Below, one piece after another: positions 18,704 through 27,961 of a stretch of DNA of 64,000 bases. How positions within the stretch are numbered: the first letter of the stretch is position 1; every line of letters begins with the position of its first letter. The position numbers and the translations under genes are program-made. The stretch comes from a virus. Under the pieces are notes generated by a model. That model ran no database searches. It was not told where the DNA came from and saw only the letters and a list, made by a program, of their open reading frames with translations. The DNA is taken from the IMG/VR virus record IMGVR_UViG_3300032006_002703, positions 43,411 to 107,410 of that record, one strand, 5' to 3'.

Positions 18704-19858
18704 TTATGTATTATTTAAGTTTCTACTGGAGTTTGGATATTGAAATGCTGCGTCGAATTCTGAAGATCCAGCTATTGTCGCTCTATTGCTATTTGCGTAA
18801 TGCCCTTTTTTGTCATTTCCGTAATAGCCAGTCTCGCCTTTAACTTTTGTAAGATCTGGCGTTTGGTTAGAGGTGGGAATGTGAATTGTTTCTCCAGCGG
18901 CATTAATTGCATATTTATAAGTCGCCCAAGATGCCCCGTCAATCACTAAATTTTGGTCAGTCCATATTGAGTTATCGCCGCTGGTTGTTTCTTCGAGTAA
19001 ATTTAAAAACTCATACCTTTGTAATCTCGAAGTTAGCGTCCCAAGGTCGCCTGTATCATTTTCATTGCCTGTAAATCCGTCCTCTGGCACCTGTTTCCCA
19101 AGTGGAATCCAGGAAGGAAGGATAGTGTTGTCCGCGCTACGCCTTGGAAAGGAGGGTGAGGGGTGTGTGGTTGGAGGTACTGTCCCGCTTGCTTTATAAT
19201 ACATTCCGTCCGAGTCCTTAATGATGGAGTTGTTTGAGTATGTGGCTAGAGGGTCTCTATTCGATGCGCCATCTATTTGCGCCTGAGTTAAGGTTGACAT
19301 CGCTGCAATAACTAGCGGCTGACTTGCAGTTTCTGAATCGGATATTCTGGCGATTATGAGCGGGGCCGAGTTTGTCCCATCCGCCTTAGTACCATGAGTT
19401 CCCCTTGACCAATGCGAAAAAGAGGTATTCCAATAAGGCTCGTTTGCTAAGGGCGCAAAGCATGCATACCTTACTTTAATTTTTTTCCATTTATTACTTA
19501 AGCTAGGGCTTGTTGCTAAATCTCCTCCGCTAATATCACTAATCAGCTGAAAGTAGTCTTCAGAGTCAGACCCGACAATGTCCCCTATGACATAAGGCTG
19601 TCCGTTTACCCATGGCGCTATATTGGGGTCGTCATAGTTGAGTTTAGTTGTAAATTCTGCGGTCCCCGCATTTACTGTGGATTCTGTTTTATTATCTAGC
19701 CAATGTTGCACCCAGAATGTTTGATTATATCTGTATTCACCAGCTCCAATGCTAATGCCAGTGATTTTAAACGTTTCCTTTGGTACGGGAGATCGAAAGT
19801 CAACAATTGTGTAGGGGTGGGGGCGGGAATCGTTTGAATATCTAAAGGAGGAGTTCAT
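18704..19858 (-). CDS. Hypothetical protein with two CBM5/12-like aromatic modules (possible virion protein)
   Basis: W..GQPYVIGDIV....YF...W and Y....IIK..DGMYYKA...W segments; GTGTAA box upstream. Confidence 0.5.
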   Translation of the reverse strand: MNSSFRYSNDSRPHPYTIVDFRSPVPKETFKITGISIGAGEYRYNQTFWVQHWLDNKTESTVNAGTAEFTTKLNYDDPNIAPWVNGQPYVIGDIVGSDSEDYFQLISDISGGDLATSPSLSNKWKKIKVRYACFAPLANEPYWNTSFSHWSRGTHGTKADGTNSAPLIIARISDSETASQPLVIAAMSTLTQAQIDGASNRDPLATYSNNSIIKDSDGMYYKASGTVPPTTHPSPSFPRRSADNTILPSWIPLGKQVPEDGFTGNENDTGDLGTLTSRLQRYEFLNLLEETTSGDNSIWTDQNLVIDGASWATYKYAINAAGETIHIPTSNQTPDLTKVKGETGYYGNDKKGHYANSNRATIAGSSEFDAAFQYPNSSRNLNNT

Positions 19859-19866
19859 GTCTTTTA

Positions 19867-20442
19867 TTACACCTCTTTGTTTGGCTTCGGGCAGATTTTT
19901 GAAATCATTTGATTTCTATTTTTCCCCGCATAGTACCAATGCCAGGCAATATCTTCCCTCATTTTTTTAATTTCAGCCTCCTTTTTATTGAGTTGATTCT
20001 CTAGTAGATCTAAGCACCTCATGTCAAGATGTGATAGGTCAATTTCTAACTCGACTGCTATCTTTAGTAGAGAATCTACGTCCTTTTTGTTTTTTGCCTT
20101 CGTTGCTTTATTATAGAGGGCTTGTTTTTTCTCTGCTTCGCTTTTTGGTTTATTTATAAGTTTGTCTGGGTGGGTTAGGATTACAATTTTTCTATAAAGG
20201 TCTTTTATCTGTGTTGAGGAAAATATTAGATCCTCTTGTTCTGTTGCTGCTTTTTTTCCTGGAGGGTCTTGGGTTAGGGGGTTTGGTATGTCGTTTTCTT
20301 TGCAATGAGTTATTATTGCCTCTACCCATTCCTTTTTAGCTTCTAGGAAAATTTCTCTGGTTTCATTATAATCTAATTCTATATATTTAGATTTATATTT
20401 AAGTTTTCGAAACCTGGAGGATTTTTGTTCGTCAGGATTCAT
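19867..20442 (-). CDS. J-domain (DnaJ-like) protein
   Basis: IKDLYRKIVILTHPDK with intact HPD motif. Confidence 0.75.
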   Translation of the reverse strand: MNPDEQKSSRFRKLKYKSKYIELDYNETREIFLEAKKEWVEAIITHCKENDIPNPLTQDPPGKKAATEQEDLIFSSTQIKDLYRKIVILTHPDKLINKPKSEAEKKQALYNKATKAKNKKDVDSLLKIAVELEIDLSHLDMRCLDLLENQLNKKEAEIKKMREDIAWHWYYAGKNRNQMISKICPKPNKEV

Positions 20443-20456
20443 GCAGCTAAATACAC

Positions 20457-20487
20457 AAAAAAAAGGGCGGGGAAAGCCCCCGCCCTT
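20457..20487 (-). terminator. Rho-independent terminator after the repeat fibre gene
   Basis: Minus strand AAGGGCGGGG-GCTTT-CCCCGCCCTT followed by a T run. Confidence 0.9.
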
Positions 20488-20510
20488 AGGTTAACAGTTT
20501 ATCTCAACTA

Positions 20511-21473
20511 TTACAATGAAGCAATATAGTCGAGGCTATAATCTGCGCTAGGCGTTTCATCCGAGAAGATGAAGGTAGCCCCCGAGGTGGAGACTCCACT
20601 TAGCTGTACAGCAAGAATAGGATCGCCTGCAGAATTCCTAAGCATTCCCATGATTTTGGGAGCAGAGGAAAACGTTTGAGAGAACGTAATTGCCTTGGAG
20701 GCAAGGTTGTTCCCTATTGCGACAGAACCTACTTCGGATTCACCGTCAAGATCGCTTACGGCAGTACTTAGCGTAGCGATGTTGGTCGAATTAGCCTTCA
20801 TGCCTGTAGAAACGGTGTTCTTCGCGGCACTCAATGTGCTGATCGCCTGAGAGCGAGCTGTAGACTCACTGACTACTGCGGAAGAAACGGTGTTCTTCGA
20901 GGCACTCAATGTGCTAACGGCATTCGAACGAGCTGTAGACTCACTGACTACTGCGGAAGAAACGGTGTTCTTTGCGGCACTCAATGTGCTGATCGCCTGG
21001 GAACGAGCTGTAGACTCACTGATTACTGCGGAAGAAACGGTGTTCTTCGCGGCACTCAATGTGCTGATCGCCTGGGAACGAGCTGTAGACTCACTGACTA
21101 CTGCGGAAGAAACGGTGTTCTTCGCGGCACTCAATGTGCTAACGGCATTCGAACGAGCTGTAGACTCACTGACTACTGCGGAAGAAACGGTGTTCTTCGC
21201 GGCACTCAATGTGCTGATCGCCTGAGAGCGAGCTGTAGACTCACTGACTACTGCGGAAGAAACGGTGTTCTTCGCGGCACTCAATGTGCTAACGGCATTC
21301 GAACGAGCTGTAGACTCAGTGGTTACTGCGGAAGAAACGGTGTTAAGATCATCGTCGAGGGCGAGATCTTTTGCACCGCTACCAGAGTCAACCGTGAGCT
21401 TGCTCGAGACTGCGTTATTAGCTAGAATGGCTCCGCCATTTAGCTTGACTTTCTCTGTGTTGAAGATAGCCAT
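20511..21473 (-). CDS. Ser/Thr/Ala-rich coiled-coil fibre protein with C-terminal H-type-lectin-like domain
   Basis: Seven 25-aa repeats SSAVVSESTARS(NAV/QAI)STLSAAKNTV; C-terminal ITFSQTFSSAPKI...VSTSGATF...LDYIA. Confidence 0.7.
   Translation of the reverse strand: MAIFNTEKVKLNGGAILANNAVSSKLTVDSGSGAKDLALDDDLNTVSSAVTTESTARSNAVSTLSAAKNTVSSAVVSESTARSQAISTLSAAKNTVSSAVVSESTARSNAVSTLSAAKNTVSSAVVSESTARSQAISTLSAAKNTVSSAVISESTARSQAISTLSAAKNTVSSAVVSESTARSNAVSTLSASKNTVSSAVVSESTARSQAISTLSAAKNTVSTGMKANSTNIATLSTAVSDLDGESEVGSVAIGNNLASKAITFSQTFSSAPKIMGMLRNSAGDPILAVQLSGVSTSGATFIFSDETPSADYSLDYIASL
20808..21344. repeat. 75-bp tandem repeat, 7 copies (coding)
   Basis: AGAAACGGTGTT recurs every 75 nt from 20808 to 21333. 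Confidence 0.95.
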
Positions 21474-21524
21474 ACTTATATGTACAAAGAAAACTAGCTT
21501 TGTGGGAACAGTCTGATATGATTT

Positions 21525-22904
21525 TTATAAAATATTTTCAGCATACATTTTCATATACAAAAATTTACTGCTTTCGGTGTAACTAGAGAAGTTCCGTAAG
21601 AAAGGATTCTTTTCGCTTTGAGGGCAATGGTCGAGGCAAAGTCTCTCGTCATCAATAATTTTAAAATTAAAGCCAGACGGGTCCGAGGCTTTTAATATTT
21701 CTTTAAAATCTGATTCCCCATTTGCTTTTTCTAATAAATTTTTGGTATACTGATGACACTTAATCATGCACGCTTCACTTTTTTCGCTTAATATTAAATA
21801 CTTAGTAGTGTTTTTGAAAAAATCTTCAATCATATTTTCTGGATTACAAATAAGCATGGAGTCTGTAATAAAGAGTATGTATTTATGTTCATTAATATGA
21901 CTTGCTATGGCTCGATACTTTTCCGTTCCTTGTTCTCTATATATATAAGCAGTATAATTATGTTTGTTTGCGTATCTTAAAACGTTATTCTCTGCCTCGA
22001 TCGAATGACGCCCTTCGTTGGAGATGGTTATCACTGCAACATCCTGGCCAGTGTTGTAGGAAATGTTCCCTTCTTTTGTTGAGGCTTCTTGTACTGAGGT
22101 GGGAACGTATCTACTTGCAAATTCTGTTACATCTTGCTTCTTTTGGGTTTTTTGTGCAATTGGACTTTCGAAAGAATAGTTAAATAACTCTAGGTCTTTT
22201 TTGTATACAGACTCAACAATAGCTCTGGATTCTTCGTCGTAATACTCGCTGTAATGCTTTTTTCTTTTTTGATTTCTTATTTTGGGGAGAGTTGCATTTT
22301 TAATGTTAATTTTTTTACAGATATAGTTGAAATCTTTTTCAATATTCTCAAATTTTCCTACATATGAAACAAAAGGTTTTCCGTTATCGGAATCCGCCTC
22401 TTCGGGATCATAGAGGAATTTATATTGCGGGAGGAAGTGGACGTTATATTTTGTCACTGGGTCACAAAGATCATCTTTAGTTAGATAGCTTTTACAGAAT
22501 TCTGTGAAGCTTGAAAAATTAAAGTCTGGATCTGTATTTCCCTCGTTACCCTCAAACTCTTTCCTTCTTGAAGCGTAAGTATAGGCTGAAACTACCCTAT
22601 CAAAAGGGTTTCTTACGAAGGCGCAGGAAAAATAGGATGGGTCATCGATGTAGGGCTGAACCAGGAATTTATTAATTGGGTAAAACGGATGGGCATAATC
22701 AACTGAATTTTCAAAATATAAAGAATTCTTTTTTTCGTTAAATATAGAGACTCGAATCTTTTTAAAGCCATCCGAGGATTCTACGCCTCTTATCATGGCT
22801 TGTTGAGAGCCGTAATTCCCCTCTCCCCAGACCATATTCATGCTAGAGCCTGCTGTTTTGGGAATATGGATAAATATAAATTTATGTTCTTTTGAGATAA
22901 TCAT
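21525..22904 (-). CDS. Sulfotransferase family 2 domain fused to a degenerate GT34-like domain
   Basis: FIHIPKTAGSS, FVRNPFDRVVSAY, HFLPQ, VGKFE, DLELFNY; C-terminal half with YANKHNY and YILFITDSMLICNP. Confidence 0.75.
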   Translation of the reverse strand: MIISKEHKFIFIHIPKTAGSSMNMVWGEGNYGSQQAMIRGVESSDGFKKIRVSIFNEKKNSLYFENSVDYAHPFYPINKFLVQPYIDDPSYFSCAFVRNPFDRVVSAYTYASRRKEFEGNEGNTDPDFNFSSFTEFCKSYLTKDDLCDPVTKYNVHFLPQYKFLYDPEEADSDNGKPFVSYVGKFENIEKDFNYICKKINIKNATLPKIRNQKRKKHYSEYYDEESRAIVESVYKKDLELFNYSFESPIAQKTQKKQDVTEFASRYVPTSVQEASTKEGNISYNTGQDVAVITISNEGRHSIEAENNVLRYANKHNYTAYIYREQGTEKYRAIASHINEHKYILFITDSMLICNPENMIEDFFKNTTKYLILSEKSEACMIKCHQYTKNLLEKANGESDFKEILKASDPSGFNFKIIDDERLCLDHCPQSEKNPFLRNFSSYTESSKFLYMKMYAENIL

Positions 22905-23573
22905 TTAAAAATCGTATTTGAAAAAATCTATGTCTTTTTTGTATATGCTTGCCACCTCGTCTATGCATTTTTGTGATTTATAGTACTCTTGGTAGGGCCT
23001 GGGGTCGGGAGTTGAATTTACGTGAGGTAGCGTTTCTTCGGTTATGTTTAATTTTTTACACACGTAATTAAAATCATTTTGAAGATTTTCAAATCTTCCG
23101 ATAAAATCTAAATTCATCTCATTTTTCTCGTTTGTGATAAAATTTAACTGTGGTCCGCTAAACATATATTTTCTGTGTGGGTTCCACCAATGCGCATTTT
23201 GAGCTAATTTTATCATCTTCCAGAAATCAAAAACAAACTCCTCGAATCCTATGTTTGGTATTGAGGTCCCTCCAATATCCGCCCATCCTAGACTTTGGGA
23301 AGCAGGAGCTTTGGGGCACTTTAGATGTTTCCAAAGAGATACCATACGACTCCATGGGTTTCGCACAAAGGTAAAGGTGAAGTAATCGTTAAGGGGATCC
23401 GTCATTGATACGTCATATTCAATTATTGAGTCATGTTTTGTGGGCCAATTCCAATTAGGATCCTCAGATATTGTGGTGGCGTCCTTGAATTTTTCTTTTA
23501 AAACCAACTCAATACTGCAACCTGCAGTCTTAGGTATATGAATGTAGATGAACTTGTCTATTTTTGAGATCAT
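22905..23573 (-). CDS. Sulfotransferase family 2 protein
   Basis: YIHIPKTAGCS, FVRNPWSRMVS, FIGRFENLQNDF, DIDFFKY. Confidence 0.88.
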   Translation of the reverse strand: MISKIDKFIYIHIPKTAGCSIELVLKEKFKDATTISEDPNWNWPTKHDSIIEYDVSMTDPLNDYFTFTFVRNPWSRMVSLWKHLKCPKAPASQSLGWADIGGTSIPNIGFEEFVFDFWKMIKLAQNAHWWNPHRKYMFSGPQLNFITNEKNEMNLDFIGRFENLQNDFNYVCKKLNITEETLPHVNSTPDPRPYQEYYKSQKCIDEVASIYKKDIDFFKYDF

Positions 23574-24679
23574 AAGATTTTGACTATTGTATCATAAGCG
23601 TTAATATTTTTTTGATTAGTTGTGCTGAATTTCGCTAGGCATTCTTTTGCTTGGCCTTTGTAATAATCTAGATTTTCATCGTGCATTGTTAGGGCATAGC
23701 GAAGCTGATTTACTGCATTTTGTATGTTTCTTACGTCATAATAGTAAGCAAACTCTTTAATTGCTTCCGAGTTATGAAGTAAGGGAAACCCTAGGTGAAG
23801 AAATTCTAAATGTCTAACTTCGAGATCTCCCTGCAAGTGGTTTGTTATTATTACTTTGCCCCACCTACTTAAGGCTTGCGGGTTTCTCCATTTATTGTTT
23901 AAAAAGACTTTCGGTGGGGTCAACTTACAAATGGATAGGTTTGCTGACAGTTGTTTAAAGCGGGTGCTTGTTCGTATCTTTTCGCAATTTGTAATAATAA
24001 CTTTATCTATTATATCTGGATGTTTATGGTTGAGCTTTTCGCATATTGCAAGCGGTAGTAGACATGTTGAGGTTATATTTTTATTTTCCTCGAATATGCA
24101 AACCGTATTCTTTTCTTCGCTTTTATAAAAAGGAGATTTTCCTTTTATTTTTAAGTCTCTTATCTCTTCTCCAAGAAACTTGGAGTCCCAAATTAGCGGT
24201 ACGGTTTTCGCTGGACAGGCGTACGTTGCCTCTAAATAAGGAATCGTTCTCGCTAAATGGTCCCAGGTCCAAATTTGATCAAATTGACGAATTAATCTTT
24301 GGGGAGGATTTGGGTGATTTGAGGTGGACATTTCACTGTCTAACATGTAGTGATCTTCAAGGCATAGATAAATGAATTTACAAGTTGGATTTTTACGCTT
24401 TAGTTCCTTGGCTACGTCTGCTTCATATTGAAAACCAGCTTCAATGCAAACATCAAAAGGAGTTGGTGATTTTTCATGAGGATCGAATCTGGCTAAAAAA
24501 TGACCCGCCCTTAATATGTCAAACCCAGAGCTTTTGTGTCGTGGATTGAATTTTTTATTTGTTACCAAAAAACATTTATGGCCAGCACGAGCTAAGGTAT
24601 CCGCAATAAAAATTATTAACTGATTTATTGAGGAGTTTCTTGGGTTGATTGCTGTGTTAATTGTTATCCCTATGTTCAT
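23570..24679 (-). CDS. DUF2827-like glycosyltransferase-fold protein
   Basis: MNIGIT, FDQIW, VPLIWDS, IFEEN.N..STC.LP, EFLHLGFPLLHNS, YYY; paralog of the next gene. Confidence 0.7.
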   Translation of the reverse strand: MNIGITINTAINPRNSSINQLIIFIADTLARAGHKCFLVTNKKFNPRHKSSGFDILRAGHFLARFDPHEKSPTPFDVCIEAGFQYEADVAKELKRKNPTCKFIYLCLEDHYMLDSEMSTSNHPNPPQRLIRQFDQIWTWDHLARTIPYLEATYACPAKTVPLIWDSKFLGEEIRDLKIKGKSPFYKSEEKNTVCIFEENKNITSTCLLPLAICEKLNHKHPDIIDKVIITNCEKIRTSTRFKQLSANLSICKLTPPKVFLNNKWRNPQALSRWGKVIITNHLQGDLEVRHLEFLHLGFPLLHNSEAIKEFAYYYDVRNIQNAVNQLRYALTMHDENLDYYKGQAKECLAKFSTTNQKNINAYDTIVKIL

Positions 24680-25776
24680 AGAAGATCTTTATAAGCCTGT
24701 TGGACGGCGGGGTTGTCTGGGTTGTATCTCCAAATTATTTGTTTACCCCTTTCTTTGTAATCTTCTAGATTATCATTATGGTTTGATATTGCATTTTTTA
24801 ATGCTGAAACTCCTTGTTTTAGAGCAAATCCAGGATAATAGTAGCCTGCTTCATTTTTTATAAATTCTGAATTATGAATAAGGGGTATACCCAGATAGAG
24901 CGCTTCTAAATAGGTATAGTTTAGCGCGTTCATGTGTTGATGGGAAACAATGTAGTTGCAGTGCTCTGAAAAAATAAATGGGAATGGAAATCTTTTTTCG
25001 AAGAACATCTTCCCGTCTTGCACTAAATCTAATTGCAGAAAATAGTTAGAAAAGTAACTTTCATCTGCAAAGTGATCACTGCCCCAAATATGAACCGAGT
25101 TTATTGCGTCTGCATTTTCATTATAAAGCCCCTCTGATATAAGTGCGGGACATATGCAATTTTTTACAATATTATTCGGTTCCGTTATTGCAATGTTTAC
25201 ATTTTCTGAAGGACTGTAAAAGGCGGTTTTGTCTTTTTGGTTTAATTTCTTTTCTTCATTTTCTATAGTTTCTGAGGACCATATGTAGGGAATGAATTTT
25301 ACGCTCTCTGTTTCATTTGTAATTTTATAGTAATCTATAGAATAGTCATAATGGGGGGAGGTCCATACTTCGTCTACGCTTCTCTGTCTTCCCATTCCTC
25401 CTCCATTTGATCCATTGATGCAAAATTCAAGATCTATGAAGAGTCTTGGGCCATAATTGACTTGTATGATTTTAATTGATGGATTTCGGTTTCTTAATAT
25501 TTTTATCCAATCCTCTCCCCAGGTTATAGCTGCTTGTATAAATAGATCACATTTTATATCCTGATCCATGACCTCCTTCATTGAACAAACTTCGTAGTTG
25601 TCCAATAAAACTTTTTTATTTACCGCTATGTTTTCGTCTTCTAGGGCATGTTTTTCTGCAACAAGTAAGGTTTCGTGCCCAAGAGACTGAAATATATTAT
25701 ATAAAGCGAAAATATTTTGATTTTGTCCGTTCGAAAATATTCCCGTGCTAAAGTCTGCTGTTATAAGAATCCTCAT
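24676..25776 (-). CDS. DUF2827-like glycosyltransferase-fold protein
   Basis: IFSNG.NQN, DEVWTSPH, PYIWS, EPN..VKNCICP, VSHQ..NALNY.YLEALY.G.PLIHNS, GYYYP; GTGTAC box 12 nt upstream. Confidence 0.8.
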   Translation of the reverse strand: MRILITADFSTGIFSNGQNQNIFALYNIFQSLGHETLLVAEKHALEDENIAVNKKVLLDNYEVCSMKEVMDQDIKCDLFIQAAITWGEDWIKILRNRNPSIKIIQVNYGPRLFIDLEFCINGSNGGGMGRQRSVDEVWTSPHYDYSIDYYKITNETESVKFIPYIWSSETIENEEKKLNQKDKTAFYSPSENVNIAITEPNNIVKNCICPALISEGLYNENADAINSVHIWGSDHFADESYFSNYFLQLDLVQDGKMFFEKRFPFPFIFSEHCNYIVSHQHMNALNYTYLEALYLGIPLIHNSEFIKNEAGYYYPGFALKQGVSALKNAISNHNDNLEDYKERGKQIIWRYNPDNPAVQQAYKDLL

Positions 25777-25881
25777 CTTGATCAGAATGTACACTGTTAT
25801 TTAAAAGGAAAGAATAAAACTCTGCCTATTAAAAAGTCTCCAAAGTAACTTTTAACTTTTCATGTAACTTTAATAAAGTTT

Positions 25882-25887
25882 GTGTAT
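25882..25887 (+). promoter_or_regulatory. GTGTAH box before the portal gene (representative of 11 exact copies; see findings)
   Basis: GTGTAT 10 nt before ATG 25898; a mirror GTGTAC (25789-25794, minus strand) serves the divergent DUF2827 gene. Confidence 0.7.
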
Positions 25888-25897
25888 TATAACTCTG

Positions 25898-27961
25898 ATG
25901 GGCAAGCGAAAATACATTAAAAAGTCTTCCTATTGGGACCAATTCTCCAGGGCAGACCAAGTAGAGATTCAGCCTTCTCCTAATCCAATTTTAACTGGAG
26001 ATCCATACTTGGGAGATGGGACAGAATCTTTTGAGGTCCTTAAGGGTAGTTACTCTAGGACTGGGTCAAGAATTGTTGACGCTGCCAGAAAAAATAAAAT
26101 ACATAAATCAATTAAGAAGGAGAAGCATGGTAATATTGCTTCTGGCTTACTTCCTTATCAGGTTGGTGAAGATGGAGTTTCTGTACAGGATGCTATCGAG
26201 CTCTGTCAAAAGGCTTATACAAATATAGCAGTGTTTCGCAATGCGGTTGACGTTATGTCTGAGTTCGCTAATTCTACATTATATTTAGAGGGTGGAGTTT
26301 CTAAGTCTGTCGATTTTATTTATAAATGGTTCGATAGGGTTAAAATGGGGAACCTTAAAGATCAATATTTTAGAGAATACTATAGGTCTGGCAATATATT
26401 TTTATATAGAATTGATGGTAAATTTGATCAAACAGCCTTTAAGGAAATGAGTAGGGTTTATGGCGAGGAGGGCTTAATGCAACCTGGGACTTTGCCTGTT
26501 AAATATATAATGCTTAATCCTTTTGACATCTCTGCTAAGCGAGCTACTTCGTTTGCTGAGGGAGCATACTTCAAAGTCTTATCCGAATACGATATCGAGG
26601 TCCTGGCGAATCCCAAGACTGATTACGATAAAGAAGTGTTAGAAGGTTTACCTCCAGAAATTAAAACAAAAATCAAAGAGGGTAATTATCAGCAAACTGG
26701 CTTGGAGTATCAGCTTGACCCTGCAAAATTGAGCTATTCTTTTTATAAGAAGCAGGATTATGAGCCGTTTGCCATTCCCTTTGGTTACCCAGTATTGGAG
26801 GATATTAATTTTAAAATCGAATTAAAGAAGATAGATCAGGCTATTTGTCGTACTATTGAAAATGTAATTCTTTTAATTACGATGGGAGCAAAACCTGATG
26901 ACGGAGGTATAAATCCTAATAATATGGCAGCAATGCAGGAGCTTTTTAAAAATGAAAGCGTGGGGCGTGTGCTTGTCAGTGATTATACTACCAATGCAGA
27001 GTTTGTTATTCCTGATTTAAATAAAGTTTTAGGATCTGAAAAATATAAAATTGTAGATCAGGATATTAAAGAGGGGCTTCAGAATATTATCGTTGGGGAT
27101 GAAAGGTATAGTAATACTCAGGTTAAGGCTCAAATATTTTTAGAAAGACTAAAGGAGGCAAGGAACGCATTTTTGACTGATTTCCTTCAGCCTCAAATCA
27201 AAATGATTTGTCAGAATCTTGGATTTAGGAAATATCCTATCGCAAAATTTGAAGAAATTGATATTAAGGATGAGGTTCAGCTTCAGAGGGTTGCGACCAG
27301 ACTTTTAGAGCTGGGTATAATTACCCCCGAGCAAGGTATTAATGCAATTAAGACAGGAATCTATCCAAAGCCTGAGGAGCTCGCATCTTCCCAGGAGGAG
27401 TATTTAGTTAACCGAGAGCAGGGTTACTTTAATCCACTCGTAGGAGGAATGCCCACCGTTGAAGCTGCAGGTGCGGACGAAGAGCGAAAGCTTAAGGAAA
27501 AAATTTCAGAAAATACCCTAAATCAGCAGGCTGAAATGCGCCAACAGTCTCAAACTGGAACCCCTCCGAAGGAATCTGGTCGACCAACGGGTGCCACGGG
27601 ACCGCAGGGGCAAGCTTCTAGCGTTATATCAACAGAAGATATAAAAAATATAATTTATAAGGCAGAAAATTTAAAGTCTTACGCAGTAAGTGTTATAAAA
27701 AAGGAAAAAAACAAAAAGAGAATCAGTAAGGCTCAATCAGAGATATTAGATGAGCTTTGCAAGTCGGTTATTGCGTCTAAGGTAGAGAATGAATGGGAAC
27801 AGGCTATAGAGTCATGCGTTCGGGACAATAATGAAATCGTTAAGCTTGTCCCCATGAAGGAAATCTTAGATATTTCGGAACGCGATTCATTGGACCTGTA
27901 CGCTGCGGCACTTTACTACCACAGTAGGAATCAGGAGAATGATAGCGAACGTAACAGTTAA
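25898..27961 (+). CDS. Probable portal protein
   Basis: About 690 aa, first gene of the structural block; FRNAVDVMSEF, FREYYRSGNIFLY, KKQDYEPFAIP and a low-complexity C-terminus resembling large-phage portals. Recognition only. Confidence 0.6.
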   Translation: MGKRKYIKKSSYWDQFSRADQVEIQPSPNPILTGDPYLGDGTESFEVLKGSYSRTGSRIVDAARKNKIHKSIKKEKHGNIASGLLPYQVGEDGVSVQDAIELCQKAYTNIAVFRNAVDVMSEFANSTLYLEGGVSKSVDFIYKWFDRVKMGNLKDQYFREYYRSGNIFLYRIDGKFDQTAFKEMSRVYGEEGLMQPGTLPVKYIMLNPFDISAKRATSFAEGAYFKVLSEYDIEVLANPKTDYDKEVLEGLPPEIKTKIKEGNYQQTGLEYQLDPAKLSYSFYKKQDYEPFAIPFGYPVLEDINFKIELKKIDQAICRTIENVILLITMGAKPDDGGINPNNMAAMQELFKNESVGRVLVSDYTTNAEFVIPDLNKVLGSEKYKIVDQDIKEGLQNIIVGDERYSNTQVKAQIFLERLKEARNAFLTDFLQPQIKMICQNLGFRKYPIAKFEEIDIKDEVQLQRVATRLLELGIITPEQGINAIKTGIYPKPEELASSQEEYLVNREQGYFNPLVGGMPTVEAAGADEERKLKEKISENTLNQQAEMRQQSQTGTPPKESGRPTGATGPQGQASSVISTEDIKNIIYKAENLKSYAVSVIKKEKNKKRISKAQSEILDELCKSVIASKVENEWEQAIESCVRDNNEIVKLVPMKEILDISERDSLDLYAAALYYHSRNQENDSERNS

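Noticed and set aside
20808-21344. Regular repeats as a CRISPR array (also 40434-40690)
   Set aside because: Units are contiguous, multiples of three, have no unique spacers and lie in frame within ORFs.
20890-21516. Plus-strand ORFs over the fibre repeats, and alternative-frame ORF 40399..40812
   Set aside because: By-products of tandem repeats lacking stops; the main frame has start signals and domain structure.
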